64,000 bases of DNA from assembly GCA_965644315.1 (NCBI GenBank), contig CBFFRQ010000002.1:37774-101773 (forward strand), in the 5' to 3' direction. Under the pieces are notes generated by a model. That model was not told the origin of the DNA. It did not search any database and saw only the letters and a program-made list of their open reading frames with translations. This document shows, piece after piece, positions 63,320 through 64,000 of this stretch. The translations under genes were made by a program, and so were the position numbers. Every line of letters begins with the position of its first letter. Positions within the stretch are counted from its first letter, which is position 1. The DNA is from Caecitellus pseudoparvulus. Lineage: Eukaryota > Protista > Bigyra: Bicosoecida.

Positions 63320-63975
63320 CTATCTTCAGGTGGATTTCATACCTGCGCAGTGACCGATAGCTAGGTTCGATGCTGGGGAGGCGGTTTCAGCGCACAGCTC
63401 GGGTACGGGAACGTGAACTCCATCGGAGACAACGAGCTGCCAGAGATCACAGGCAGTGTGAACCTTGGGGCTTGTGTTGCTGTGGCACAAGTTTGGGCAG
63501 GAGGCAGCCACACTTGTGTTGTGCTGGATGACGGAGGTGTCATGTGCTGGGGCTCCTCCATCGCCGGCCAAGTGGGATACGGCAATAAGGTGAGCGTTGG
63601 TGACAATGAGGATCCAGCTGCGGCGGGAGCCGTTGATTTGGGCTCTGGTGCAGCCGCTGCCCAAGTGTCTGCAGGCAAGAGCCACACGTGCGCAGTGTTG
63701 ACAACTGGGCTGCTTATGTGCTGGGGGTTTGGATCAAACGGCCGGCTTGGGTATGTGAACACCAACAGCATTGGTGACAATGAGCACCATCTGCTGCAGG
63801 CGCTGCCTACCTGGGTGCAGGCCTTGCTGCAGCACAGGTTTTTGCCAGAGACAGCCACACCTGTGCTGTGTTGACGAACGGTGGGGTCATTTGCTGGGGG
63901 ACAGCATACTCTGGTCGGCTCGGAGACAGCAACTTCAACCACATTGGTGACAACGAGCAACCTGCTGCTGCAGGT
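63320..63975 (+). pseudogene. RCC1/BLIP-II repeat gene remnant (4 repeats), truncated by the telomere
   Basis: Repeats of GxxHTCAV...VxCWG....GxLGYGN...IGDNE.P. In-frame TAG at 63362-63364 and a 1-nt deletion near 63786 (GAGCACCATCT). The shifted frame resumes PSAAGAAYLG..SHTCAVLTNGGVICWG..IGDNEQPAAAG. Confidence 0.85.
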
Positions 63976-64000
63976 CAGGGTTAGGGTTAGGGTTAGGGTT
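63975..64000 (+). repeat. Telomeric repeat (TTAGGG)n, probable chromosome end
   Basis: TCAGGG, then TTAGGG x3, then TT, running to the window edge, with the G-rich strand pointing outward. Confidence 0.85.

Noticed and set aside
59331-63364. TAG reassigned to Gln: both internal stops are TAG, one in a DS*VRCWG context, and all eight gene ends use TAA or TGA
   Set aside because: The 13,422-codon ORF and all other intact genes contain no in-frame TAG. CAG-to-TAG is a common nonsense mutation, and the RCC1 copy also has a frameshift.

Overview
This is GC-rich eukaryotic (protist-like) DNA in the standard genetic code, and it ends in TTAGGG telomeric repeats, so the window is probably the last 64 kb of a chromosome arm. 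Gene style (high GC3, few short GT-AG introns, 38-aa ankyrin-like repeats) suggests a heterotrophic flagellate such as a bicosoecid stramenopile; this is inference only. The first 40.3 kb is one stop-free reading frame, open at the 5' edge and at least 13,422 codons long, encoding a giant type-I membrane protein. Its order is: vitellogenin/large-lipid-transfer-like helical N-region, amphipathic beta sheet, ~5,500-aa helical rod, globular beta domain with basic loops, second beta sheet, ~30 FN3-like repeats (one with an inserted FG-GAP-like propeller), a ZU5/GPS-like HL|T autoproteolysis site, ~6 PKD-like domains, a TM helix and an acidic tail. R-x-L/RRxL motifs sit at the domain borders. Downstream are: a spliced, secreted MACPF+EGF perforin-like gene; three paralogous 38-aa ankyrin-like repeat genes; a single-pass membrane protein; a BIRC6-type E2 enzyme with a UBA-like tail; a Cys-rich multi-TM gene split by an in-frame TAG; and an RCC1-repeat pseudogene cut off directly by the telomere. 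All domain calls come from motif recognition by eye; no searches were run.
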